From assembly GCA_016199425.1 (NCBI GenBank), contig JACQGT010000310.1:1-29402 (forward strand): 29,402 nt of DNA, in the 5' to 3' direction. Position 1 is the first letter of the stretch; each line of letters starts with the position of its first letter. This stretch comes from Chloroflexota bacterium (GTDB lineage: Bacteria > Chloroflexota > Anaerolineae > Caldilineales > Caldilineaceae). The notes beneath the pieces were generated by a model, which was not told where the DNA came from, did not search any database, and saw only the letters and a program-made list of their open reading frames with translations. Below are positions 18,092-26,847 of this stretch, in pieces. The translations under genes and the position numbers were made by a program.

Positions 18092-18598
18092 ATGGAAATT
18101 GAGCTGTACGCATTCAAAGAGGTTATGGCGCGTTGGGCCAGCGGAGTTACGATTGCGACGACGCGCTCCAAAGCGACCCCGCTGGGCATGACCGTCAGTT
18201 CGTTTGCCAGCGTCAGCCTGCATCCAGCGCAGATTCTGATCTGCGTCAATCGCAATGCGTCCACACATGCGGCTATCGAAGAGAGCGGCTATTTCGCCGT
18301 CAATCTTCTTGCGGTGGATTATCTGGAATGGGGAGTTCGCTTCGCCGGTTTACGGCCGGAAGTCACTGACCGCTTCGAAGGCATTATCTGGTTGACGGCG
18401 CAGACCGGCGCGCCGATCTTGCCCGGCGTGTTGGGCTGGTTGGATTGTCGCCTGCGCCACGCCTTCGCCAGCGGCGACCATACGATTTTTGTGGGAGAAG
18501 TCGTCGCCGGCGGCGTGCGCAGCGACGGCGCACCGCTGCTCTACTACCGCCGCAACTGGCGACAGTTGGAAGGGCAGGTTTTGCAGCCGAAGGGGTAA
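18092..18598 (+). CDS. Flavin reductase (HpaC/DIM6/NTAB family), 168 aa
   Basis: MARWASGVTI, GMTVSSFASVSLHP, FAVNLL, GDHTIFVGEV, PLLYY. Confidence 0.92.
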   Translation: MEIELYAFKEVMARWASGVTIATTRSKATPLGMTVSSFASVSLHPAQILICVNRNASTHAAIEESGYFAVNLLAVDYLEWGVRFAGLRPEVTDRFEGIIWLTAQTGAPILPGVLGWLDCRLRHAFASGDHTIFVGEVVAGGVRSDGAPLLYYRRNWRQLEGQVLQPKG

Positions 18599-18638
18599 AA
18601 GTATCATCCACAGGTAGGATAGCAAAGGGAGAAAGGAA

Positions 18639-19892
18639 ATGATCATGAATTCTTCACAAACCAGAGAAGGCGAAGCGCTGATCGAAGCGGCGCGAGCGCT
18701 TCGCCCGCAGATCGAGCGATACGCGGCTCAGATCGAGGAAGATCGGCAACTCCCCCAACCGCTGGTGGACGCCCTGGCGCAGGCCGGACTCTTCAAGATG
18801 CTGGTTCCGCAATCTTTGGGCGGCAGCGAGACAGACCCGGAGACCTTTTGCCGTGTGATCGAAGAGCTGTCGCGGGTGGATGGCAGCACAGGCTGGTCTG
18901 TCTTTGTTCCCGCGTGCGTGGGCGCAGCTTCCGGTTCCTTTGGCGAGGATGTAGCGTGGGAGATCTTCGGCAGGGAGCCAAAGGCATGCATAGCAAGCTC
19001 TGTCACGCCTGCTCCCAATTCATCGCTGCGACCTCCTGACAGGGCTATCGTCGTTGACGGCGGCTACCGCGTGACCGGTCGCTGGTCTTTCACAAGCGGA
19101 TGTATGCACTCGACGTGGCTGGCGGGTGCCAGCGGCATTTATGAAGGAGACAAGCCTAAAATTGATGACAAAGGCCAGCCGGAAGTCCGGCTCATGCTTT
19201 TCCCAATCTCCGACTGCCAAATCATCGACACCTGGCGCGTCACCGGTCTGCGTGGAAGCGGCAGCCACGACTTCGCGGTGACGGACGTCTTTGTGCCGCA
19301 CGAGCATTCGTTGTCACGCAGTACTCCGGTGAAACCATGCCACCCGGGTGCCCTCTATGTGTTTGCGGGTGGCAAAGTCACAACGAGCATAGGTACCGCG
19401 GGTCCGGTCATATACTCCCATTGGACCGTCGTGGGGTCGATTGGCTTCGCTGCCGTCTGCCTGGGCATCGCCCGCGGCGCGCTCGACGCCCTGACTGAGC
19501 TTGCGGCTGTCAAGACACTGGGCAAAGGCAAAGGACAGCTACGCGACAACCCGATTGTCCAGGATCAGGTGGGTCGGGCGGAAGCGACCCTGCAGGCAGC
19601 GCGCGCCTATATGTATGCGATGATACGCGAGGTATGGGAAACCGTACACAAGAGCGGTTCCAGCACTCCTGAGCAGCTCAGTTTGCTCCGCCTGACTGCC
19701 ACCCATGCAGCCACCCTCTCGGCCCAGGTTGTGGATACAGCGTGGAACACAGCCGGGGCGTCGGCCATCTTCGCTGGCAATCCGATTGAGCGCCGCTTTC
19801 GTGACATCCACGTGGCAACGCAGAACATCGCCATCCGGTCGGAGTACTATGCAGTGGCGGGCAGGATGTTTCTTGGGCTTGACAAGGAATGA
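18639..19892 (+). CDS. Flavin-dependent monooxygenase oxygenase component (acyl-CoA dehydrogenase fold, HsaA/C2-like), 417 aa
   Basis: GGYRVTGRWSFTSGC, DTWRVTGLRGSGSHDF, LGIARGALD, IERRFRDIH; adjacent to the flavin reductase. Confidence 0.88.
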   Translation: MIMNSSQTREGEALIEAARALRPQIERYAAQIEEDRQLPQPLVDALAQAGLFKMLVPQSLGGSETDPETFCRVIEELSRVDGSTGWSVFVPACVGAASGSFGEDVAWEIFGREPKACIASSVTPAPNSSLRPPDRAIVVDGGYRVTGRWSFTSGCMHSTWLAGASGIYEGDKPKIDDKGQPEVRLMLFPISDCQIIDTWRVTGLRGSGSHDFAVTDVFVPHEHSLSRSTPVKPCHPGALYVFAGGKVTTSIGTAGPVIYSHWTVVGSIGFAAVCLGIARGALDALTELAAVKTLGKGKGQLRDNPIVQDQVGRAEATLQAARAYMYAMIREVWETVHKSGSSTPEQLSLLRLTATHAATLSAQVVDTAWNTAGASAIFAGNPIERRFRDIHVATQNIAIRSEYYAVAGRMFLGLDKE

Positions 19893-20084
19893 ATTTTTGG
19901 GCATGGTTCATTTTCGACAAATTCTGCTTTACAAATTTTCGGCACACGCACTGGCGATTTGAAGGAGTGAACGGGTGAAATTTCCGTCTTGCGCAGCGTG
20001 AAGCAGACAAACAGACGTGCAGTGTATGACCTCGTCATCTATCTCGCCTATTTTTTTGAAGCACAGCGTACTCAGAGTGACAAC

Positions 20085-21422
20085 ATGACCACAATGACAA
20101 GCCTGCCTGTCGAGGAACGTCTCTGGCAACTATTGCAACACTTGGGCATTGCTAAGGCTCATTTCGCTGGCTGGATGTCTGCGGATTGGACTGGGCTTGT
20201 CACCACCTATCCCGGGGCAGTTGTCTCGCTGACTCTTGCTGGCCCATCGCTGATTGATCCGCTTACAGCGGAGCATCTCGCCTCAAAACTACTGATGTTC
20301 TCTGAGGAGCGGGGGCCCAGGGCAGAGTTAGCACAGAGGGCCGCAGCAGGTGTTCCAGATGCTCGCCTTGTTGTTCTGCGTGATTACTCCATCTTGCCGT
20401 GGGCGGATGTAGCCGCTGACCGTACTGATGAGATGGAGGCCAGCATGATGCCTTTTTTAGCCCAGACGGGTTCTCGCGCCGAGATCAAGAGCCTCTCGTC
20501 TGGCGAGGGAGCAGGAGAAGTGGCCGGAATTTTCTACCGTGTGCGCGGTGCTGGCCCCCCGCTCGTACTCATGCCTCTCTTCCTTGCTCCCTCGCAATGG
20601 GAACCTCTGATACCTCGACTCAGTGAACAGTATTGCACCATTACTTTAAGTGGTCCCGAGTTGGGGATAGCGCCCTTCCTGGAATCACGGGGGAGTGCCC
20701 TGGGATACGTGCAAATGGTGCGGACGCTTCTTGATGAAATTCAGCTTCAACCAGGCGAAACAGTCCTCGAGATCGGCTGTGGCACAGGCGTCATTACTCG
20801 CTGGCTGGCGCAACGCCTTGGGCAAGAGCATCGTGTCGTTGGTATGGACATCAATCCATATCTCTTGCGAGAAGCAAGCATGTATGCCCGACGGGACGGG
20901 CTTGAAGGTGCAATTGAGTTTCGCGAAGGCAACGCCGAAGCCCTGCCGTTTCCGAATAATAGCGTTGATGTCACACTCTCCGTGACGGTCATCGAAGAGG
21001 TGGATGCTACCCAGATGCTGGCTGAAATGTTCCGCGTGACCAAACCTGGGGGGAGGGTAGCAGTCATATCGAGAGCCACCGATATGCCGTTGCTGATGCA
21101 TCTGCCACTCAGCGAAGAATTGAAAGCGAAGGTGCAAAGGCCTGGAGTGATTATGGCGTCGGTAGGGGAACGAGGGTGCGCGGATGCGAGCCTGTACCAA
21201 CGCCTGTACCAGGCGGGTCTCACGAAGGTAAAAATGTTCCCGCAGCTTGCATCTTTCACGGATGCAGACACCCATGTTCTGCCGTTTCTGCAGACCGCTC
21301 TCCTCTCGACATTGAGTCAGGAAGAAGCGCATGAGTGGCGACGTGGCTGTGTCCAAGCGAAGGCGGAAGGCACCTTTTTTATGGCGTGTCCACACCACTG
21401 TGCGGTAGGGACGAAGTCATGA
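20085..21422 (+). CDS. Fusion of a degenerate alpha/beta-hydrolase-like region and a class I SAM methyltransferase, ~445 aa
   Basis: C-terminal VLEIGCGTG, VVGMD, GNAEALPF, VTKPGGRV; N-terminal hydrolase-like segments without GxSxG; start 20085 or 20094. Confidence 0.8.
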   Translation: MTTMTSLPVEERLWQLLQHLGIAKAHFAGWMSADWTGLVTTYPGAVVSLTLAGPSLIDPLTAEHLASKLLMFSEERGPRAELAQRAAAGVPDARLVVLRDYSILPWADVAADRTDEMEASMMPFLAQTGSRAEIKSLSSGEGAGEVAGIFYRVRGAGPPLVLMPLFLAPSQWEPLIPRLSEQYCTITLSGPELGIAPFLESRGSALGYVQMVRTLLDEIQLQPGETVLEIGCGTGVITRWLAQRLGQEHRVVGMDINPYLLREASMYARRDGLEGAIEFREGNAEALPFPNNSVDVTLSVTVIEEVDATQMLAEMFRVTKPGGRVAVISRATDMPLLMHLPLSEELKAKVQRPGVIMASVGERGCADASLYQRLYQAGLTKVKMFPQLASFTDADTHVLPFLQTALLSTLSQEEAHEWRRGCVQAKAEGTFFMACPHHCAVGTKS

Positions 21423-21451
21423 AACGCGGGAGACCGAGAGAACAAAATCAC

Positions 21452-21544
21452 TGGCTTGGGGACGGTACCGAAGGGGCCAAGTTCTGGCTCAGTGTCATCA
21501 TCCACATCCAGACTCCTGACCTCGAAGACATCTTCATTACCTGA
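21452..21544 (+). pseudogene. Short IS256-family transposase remnant
   Basis: Translates WLGDGTEGAKFWLSVI..DLEDIFIT*, resembling the IS256 segment EGAKFWLSVL..L..RGVEDIFIAC. Confidence 0.6.
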
Positions 21545-21581
21545 TAGAGTGGTAGTGTGATACCGAAAGGAGAACATAAGA

Positions 21582-22547
21582 ATGGTCACGTTTTCAATTG
21601 CCACCGAAACACAATTGGGACTCACTTGGGAGTACTGGAAGCGTCGCGTCGCGGCAGTCGAGGCCGCAGGGTTTGCTGGCCTCTATCTGTCCGACCATTT
21701 TGTGATGCGCGGGCCGCCTGATCTCGATTCACTGGATCTGATCGTGGCGCTCACCTACCTGGCCAGCCATACGCAACACCTGCATTTTGGCCCGCTGGTG
21801 GCGCCGCTTTCCTTTCGCCATCCCGTGATCCTGGCGCGGCAGGCCGTTGCCCTGGATGAACTGAGCAACGGGCGTATGATCCTGGCCGTGGGCACCGGAC
21901 ATATCGTGCGCGAGCATGAAATGTTTGGCTTTGAACTCGGCGATATTCCCACACGGATCGCGCGCTTCAGCGAAGGGTTAGAAGTGATCACACGGCTGCT
22001 GCGCAGTCACGAGCCAGTTAACTTTACCGGGCGCTTTTTCCGCTTGCAAGATGCCGTGCTGGCCACGAAGCCGCAACGACCTGGACAGCCACCGATCCTC
22101 ATCGGCACGCAGGGCGGTGCGAAAATGTTAGCGCTGGTGGCGCGCTATGCCGATATTTGGAATACCTGGTGGGTTTCGCCCGCAACTTTTCTGGAACGCT
22201 CGACCCAGTTGGACGAGTTTCTGCGTGCGGCAGGCAGACAACCGAGCGCGGTCAAACGTACAGTCATGCTGGGACTCTTTATCGATCACCCCACGGCCAA
22301 TCTCGAGCGACAAGTTGACGTCATCCGCCGCTACTTTCCCGAAATGGCGAATCTGCCGCTGGCCGATTTACTGACGAAACTTCGGCAGGTTGATGGGTGT
22401 CTGGTGGGAACGCCTGCGCTGCTCATCGAGCAGCTTCGCGCCTATGTCGATGCCGGGGCCGAGGAGATTATCCTCGGTTGTTATGATTACGACGACGACC
22501 GTTGGTTGCGTGTCTTTGCTGAGCAGGTGATACCTGCTTTCAGCTAA
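21582..22547 (+). CDS. Luciferase-like monooxygenase (LLM) class oxidoreductase, possibly F420-dependent, 321 aa
   Basis: LYLSDHF, FRHPVILARQAVALDELSNGR..L.VGTG, PPILIG..G, ARYADIWN; AAAGGAG RBS. Confidence 0.88.
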   Translation: MVTFSIATETQLGLTWEYWKRRVAAVEAAGFAGLYLSDHFVMRGPPDLDSLDLIVALTYLASHTQHLHFGPLVAPLSFRHPVILARQAVALDELSNGRMILAVGTGHIVREHEMFGFELGDIPTRIARFSEGLEVITRLLRSHEPVNFTGRFFRLQDAVLATKPQRPGQPPILIGTQGGAKMLALVARYADIWNTWWVSPATFLERSTQLDEFLRAAGRQPSAVKRTVMLGLFIDHPTANLERQVDVIRRYFPEMANLPLADLLTKLRQVDGCLVGTPALLIEQLRAYVDAGAEEIILGCYDYDDDRWLRVFAEQVIPAFS

Positions 22548-22579
22548 TTTTTCTAGCAGGAATCTGAACAAGGAGCAAA

Positions 22580-23458
22580 ATGATGACCAACCATAAGGAT
22601 ACCCAACTAGATACACAGCCGTTTGCGGGTCAAGTCGCACTGGTCACAGGAGGCGGCCGCGGCTTAGGGCGCGCCTACGCGCTGGCGCTTGCCCAGGCGG
22701 GGATGGCGGTGGCGGTCACGGCCCGCACCGAATCAGAGATCCAGGCGACGGTGCAGGAAATTGAGCAAGGCGGTGGCCGTGCGCTGGCCATCCCCGCCGA
22801 TGTGACGGATGCCAGCGCCGTCGCACAGATGGTGGCAGCAGTGGAGCGGCAACTGGGGCCAATTGACTTGCTGGTGAACAACGCAGGCGTTGCCCGGGCG
22901 TTTGCTTTGATTGTCGAAGTTGGCGAAGATGAGTGGTGGCGCGAGATGGAGATCAATCTGCGCGGCCCCTTTCTCTGCGCTCGGGCCGTCCTCCCCAGTA
23001 TGATTGCGCGGCGACGCGGTCGCATCATCAACGTGGCGAGTCGTGGCGGTTTGATCGTATTTGAACGCGCCTCCGCCTATTGCGTGAGTAAAGCTGCACT
23101 CATTCGTCTCAGCCAATTCCTGGCTGCCGAAACGAAAGAACATGGCATTGCCGCTTTTGCGATCCATCCCGGCACGGTGCGCACGCCGATGAATGATTAT
23201 ATGCGAACCGCCGAGATTGTACGCCGGCGCGCGCCGCTCATTCAACAACGATTCCAGAAACTCTACCAAGAAGGTACTGATACCCCCATTGAGCAATCCG
23301 TGGACTTGATTTTGTTGCTGGCGTCAGGCAAAGCCGATGCGCTCTCTGGACGGTTTCTCAGTATTGATGATGACGTCAACGAGTTGGTGCGCCGCATCGA
23401 AGAGATTCAGCGGGCGGATCTATACACCCTACAGCTACACAGATTAGAGAAAGCATAG
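22580..23458 (+). CDS. Short-chain dehydrogenase/reductase, 292 aa
   Basis: TGGGRGLG, LLVNNAG, NVAS, YCVSK (YxxxK), IHPGTV. Confidence 0.93.
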   Translation: MMTNHKDTQLDTQPFAGQVALVTGGGRGLGRAYALALAQAGMAVAVTARTESEIQATVQEIEQGGGRALAIPADVTDASAVAQMVAAVERQLGPIDLLVNNAGVARAFALIVEVGEDEWWREMEINLRGPFLCARAVLPSMIARRRGRIINVASRGGLIVFERASAYCVSKAALIRLSQFLAAETKEHGIAAFAIHPGTVRTPMNDYMRTAEIVRRRAPLIQQRFQKLYQEGTDTPIEQSVDLILLLASGKADALSGRFLSIDDDVNELVRRIEEIQRADLYTLQLHRLEKA

Positions 23459-23491
23459 CTTACAGGTAACAATTGTCTTTTTGAGTTCCTT

Positions 23492-24307
23492 TCAGCCACT
23501 GACTGATTGCTGCGCCCAGCCCAGCACGGCTTCGGTGGGATAGTCCAGCCCGTGCGTACTGCAATAGACGTCCAATAGCCGGGCCACATCCGCGCAGAGG
23601 CTGTCGCGCAGGGCCGCGTCGGCCTCCAGGCCGGCCAGCGCGCCGTAGCCGTAGACCAGTGCCTGGGGCGACGGAAAATGGGCACGGCCCTCTTGCCTCT
23701 GTACATCGATCTGGGCAAAACCCGCCGCGTTCAGCAGCCGACGCACCTCTGCAGGATCGTTGAGCGAGTGGGGCGGTTGCAGCTTGGCGGCCTGTTCCGC
23801 GCCGACGCGCTCACCCCAAGCCGCGGCCATCGCCGCATTGCCCAGGTTTTTGTCCAACGCGCCCCACGTCATCAGCGCGAGGCGGCCCCCCGCTGCCAGC
23901 ACCCGGCGCATCTCTTTGAGCGCGGCCACCCGGTCCGGGAAGAACATCAGCCCCAGTTGGCAGGTCACAACGTCGAAGCTGCCGTCGGCGAAGGGCAGGC
24001 TGTCCGCCGATCCTTCCCGCCACGCAATCGTCGCGCCGCCGTCAGGCCCGTTCAGGCTGCGAGCGACTGCCAACGCCTCCGGGCTGAGGTCCAGGCCGAC
24101 CACTCGGCCCGACGCGCCCACCATCCGGGCGGCCTGGCGGGTCACTACGCCGCTGCCGCAGGCCACATCCAGCAGCCGCTCGCCGGGGCGGGGCGCGGCC
24201 AGGGCCAGGGTATGCTCCACCCACGGCGCAATAATCGTCGGCACGAAGCAGGAATGATAGACCTCTGCCCAGTTGCCGGTGATTCCCCAAATGTTTGCTG
24301 TACTCAT
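23492..24307 (-). CDS. Class I SAM-dependent methyltransferase (UbiE-like), 271 aa
   Basis: LLDVACGSG, VVGLD, ADSLPFADGSFDVVTCQLGLMFF; start moved to ATG 24307. Confidence 0.9.
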   Translation of the reverse strand: MSTANIWGITGNWAEVYHSCFVPTIIAPWVEHTLALAAPRPGERLLDVACGSGVVTRQAARMVGASGRVVGLDLSPEALAVARSLNGPDGGATIAWREGSADSLPFADGSFDVVTCQLGLMFFPDRVAALKEMRRVLAAGGRLALMTWGALDKNLGNAAMAAAWGERVGAEQAAKLQPPHSLNDPAEVRRLLNAAGFAQIDVQRQEGRAHFPSPQALVYGYGALAGLEADAALRDSLCADVARLLDVYCSTHGLDYPTEAVLGWAQQSVSG

Positions 24308-24327
24308 GGCAGTCCCTTTTCTTTGGA

Positions 24328-24367
24328 CCCAGTCGGCCAGGTTGCTTTGACTGCCTGGCCGACTGGG
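24328..24367. repeat. Intercistronic hairpin
   Basis: 14-bp perfect stem CCCAGTCGGCCAGG / CCTGGCCGACTGGG, 12-nt loop. Confidence 0.7.
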
Positions 24368-24405
24368 ATGCATTTGCCGTTTCCACGAAACGTCTACTCA
24401 CAGCG

Positions 24406-25146
24406 TCACGTCGCCCCATTCTTCGCCACCGGCAACCCCGCGTCGATCCACGCCTGGACGCCCCCCTCCAGAATCTGCACATTCGCAAAGCCCATATCGC
24501 GCAACAGCTTGCCGCCGATAGCGCCCATCGGCCCCAGAATGCAGGTGGTGATGATGGGCCGCGAGCGATCCGCCAGCCGGGGATCTCGCCAGCTTTCCGG
24601 CACTTCGTTGTCGGCCAGATAAGTGAGCGATCCCAGGGAGAGATTGGCTGCGCCGGGGACAGTACCCGTCTGGGCGATGTCGGCCGCGTCGCGCACGTCG
24701 ATGACCAGCAGGCCAGTTTCCCTCTTCTGGCGGCGTTGGGCGTCGGCCGGTTTGATGGTGGGCACGGCCCGGTAGGCTTCCTCGGCCATGCGGCCAAAGG
24801 TCTTGGAACGGCCATTGGCGCTGGCGAGTCGGTCGCCCACAGGACCCCGGGTGATGGCTGTGTGCGCCTCCATTATATCGAAGATCTTCACACTGGCGTT
24901 GCTCAGAATCGGCGCATCCTTCGTCGCTGCGACAATCGGGCTGGCCAGGAAAGCCTGCACGGAAGCTTCGTCGTCGAAGAGGTAGACCCCGCCGCACTCG
25001 TGTTCGTTCTCGTTCATCAGCCAGACCTTCCAGCGCAGACCGGGCGTCTCCGCGATGGGTTGGGCGGCCGGCAGCCAGGCCTGCTCCAGTTCGCTTCTCG
25101 CTATGCCGCTGAAGGTGAAATTGATCTGCAGAATCTTTTGAGACAT
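24406..25146 (-). CDS. YdhR-family (putative monooxygenase) domain fused to a rhodanese domain, 246 aa
   Basis: [20 protein letters not shown] (YdhR-like); [20 protein letters not shown] loop, [15 protein letters not shown] (rhodanese); start moved to ATG 25146. Confidence 0.82.
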   Translation of the reverse strand: MSQKILQINFTFSGIARSELEQAWLPAAQPIAETPGLRWKVWLMNENEHECGGVYLFDDEASVQAFLASPIVAATKDAPILSNASVKIFDIMEAHTAITRGPVGDRLASANGRSKTFGRMAEEAYRAVPTIKPADAQRRQKRETGLLVIDVRDAADIAQTGTVPGAANLSLGSLTYLADNEVPESWRDPRLADRSRPIITTCILGPMGAIGGKLLRDMGFANVQILEGGVQAWIDAGLPVAKNGAT

Positions 25147-25204
25147 TGCCGTATTCCTTTCGATTGTTGAACTGTTCGCTTGGAGACCGTCGAGGGATGT
25201 CCAC

Positions 25205-25249
25205 AGGATAGCAGATGTCGGGTTGCCTTTTCTGCCATTTCTTGCCAAA
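25205..25249 (-). promoter_or_regulatory. Extended -10 promoter with upstream 17-bp motif (site B)
   Basis: Minus strand TTTGGCAAGAAATGGCA-N19-TGCTATCCT. Confidence 0.65.
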
Positions 25250-25275
25250 AAAGTCTGCCATTCTTGCGCAAGTTG

Positions 25276-25290
25276 TGCTATACTTGCGCT
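25276..25290 (+). promoter_or_regulatory. Leaderless-type extended -10 promoter
   Basis: TGCTATACT, 6 nt, then ATG 25291; no Shine-Dalgarno. Confidence 0.7.
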
Positions 25291-26847
25291 ATGCAAAAAC
25301 TACCGATCGGCATCCAATTCTTCGACAGCCTGCGCGAAGGCAATTTCCTCTACGTTGACAAGACCGAGCAGATCCACCGGCTGATCAACACAGGAACTTT
25401 TGTTTTTTTGTCGCGCCCGCGACGTTTTGGCAAATCACTGCTGGTCTCCACCCTGCAACATCTCTTCCAGGGGCACAGGGAACTCTTTGGCGGGCTGTGG
25501 ATCGAGGACAAAGTTGACTGGCAGCCCCGCCCGGTGCTGGTGATCAATTTCAACGATCTGGACTATCGCGAACAGCCGTTGGAGCGGGCGCTGACCAATC
25601 ACTTGGATCGCCTGGCCGCCGAGAATGAAATACAACTGCGCGCTGAACACTACAAAGAGAAATTCCAGGAACTGATTGTCCGTCTGTCTGAAGAACAAAA
25701 GATCGTTCTGCTGGTTGACGAATACGACCGGGCCATCACCGACCTGCTGGAAGATGAGCAGAAGGTGGCTGAGCATATCGCCACCCTCAAGAACTTCTAT
25801 TCGGTGCTGAAGACGACCGCGGCCAACCACATCCACTGGACCTTTCTGACCGGCATCTCCAAGTACGGCAAACTTTCGCTCTTCTCCGACCTGAACAACC
25901 TGCTCGACATCACGCTGGACGAGCGCTTTGCCACGCTGCTGGGCTACACCCAAGAGGAGTTGGAGCGTTCCTTCCCCGACCGCATCGACGCCCTGGCCGA
26001 ACGCTTTTCCGTCAGCCGGGCGGAGATGGTGGAGGCCATCCGTTTCTGGTACAACGGCTTTTCCTGGGATGGCAAGCAGACGCTTTACGTGCCCTTTTCC
26101 ACACTGGTCTTTTTTGAATTGCAGAGCTTCGAGAATCACTGGTTCGCCACGGCCACGCCCACTTTTCTGATCAAACTGCTGCGCCAGAAACAGCTTCCGG
26201 CCTACGCGCTGGAACGTCTGCGCGCCGACAACACACTGCTCGACAGCGCCGACGTCAACAACATCAATGTCATTTCCCTGCTCTTTCAGACCGGCTATCT
26301 CACCGTCAAACGGGTACACCCTTCCCTGCGGGGAACGCGCTACGATCTGGGCTACCCCAATCACGAAGTCTCCCAGGCCTTTCAGCAATACCTGCTGGCT
26401 GAATTTATCAATGTTTCCACGAGTCAAATCGGAACTCTCCTGCTGGCCGATCTGCAGGAAGCGCTGGAAGGAGAGCGGCTTGAGCGTTTCATCACAATCC
26501 TCAATGCAATTTTTGCCGGCATCCCCTACACCCTCTTTTTGCCCGAAGAAGCCTACTACCATTCGATTGTCTATCTGGTCCTCAAACTGCTGGGCTTTTC
26601 CATTCTGGCCGAGCCGCTGAGCAGTCAGGGACGAACGGACGCGGTGCTCGAACTGCCCGATAAAATCTACATCCTGGAGTTCAAAATGAGCAGCGCGCAG
26701 ATCGCGCTCGATCAGATCCGGGCCCGGGGCTACGCTCAACCCTACCGCGCCAGCGGCAAGCCGGTCGTGCTGATCGGGATCGCCTTCGATAGAGAAAAGC
26801 GCACTATCGGCGACTGGAAGTCGGAATCTGCTATAATCCTCCTATGA
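25291..26847 (+). CDS. AAA-ATPase-like protein with C-terminal PD-(D/E)XK nuclease (PF09820 + PF08011 type), 518 aa
   Basis: [54 protein letters not shown]. Confidence 0.9.
   Translation: MQKLPIGIQFFDSLREGNFLYVDKTEQIHRLINTGTFVFLSRPRRFGKSLLVSTLQHLFQGHRELFGGLWIEDKVDWQPRPVLVINFNDLDYREQPLERALTNHLDRLAAENEIQLRAEHYKEKFQELIVRLSEEQKIVLLVDEYDRAITDLLEDEQKVAEHIATLKNFYSVLKTTAANHIHWTFLTGISKYGKLSLFSDLNNLLDITLDERFATLLGYTQEELERSFPDRIDALAERFSVSRAEMVEAIRFWYNGFSWDGKQTLYVPFSTLVFFELQSFENHWFATATPTFLIKLLRQKQLPAYALERLRADNTLLDSADVNNINVISLLFQTGYLTVKRVHPSLRGTRYDLGYPNHEVSQAFQQYLLAEFINVSTSQIGTLLLADLQEALEGERLERFITILNAIFAGIPYTLFLPEEAYYHSIVYLVLKLLGFSILAEPLSSQGRTDAVLELPDKIYILEFKMSSAQIALDQIRARGYAQPYRASGKPVVLIGIAFDREKRTIGDWKSESAIILL
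26829..26843 (+). promoter_or_regulatory. Leaderless-type extended -10 promoter embedded in the upstream gene
   Basis: TGCTATAAT, 6 nt, then ATG 26844. Confidence 0.7.

Noticed and set aside
19893-20084. Possible IS end or ncRNA in the AT-rich gap after the monooxygenase
   Set aside because: No convincing inverted repeat, TSD or known motif found by eye.
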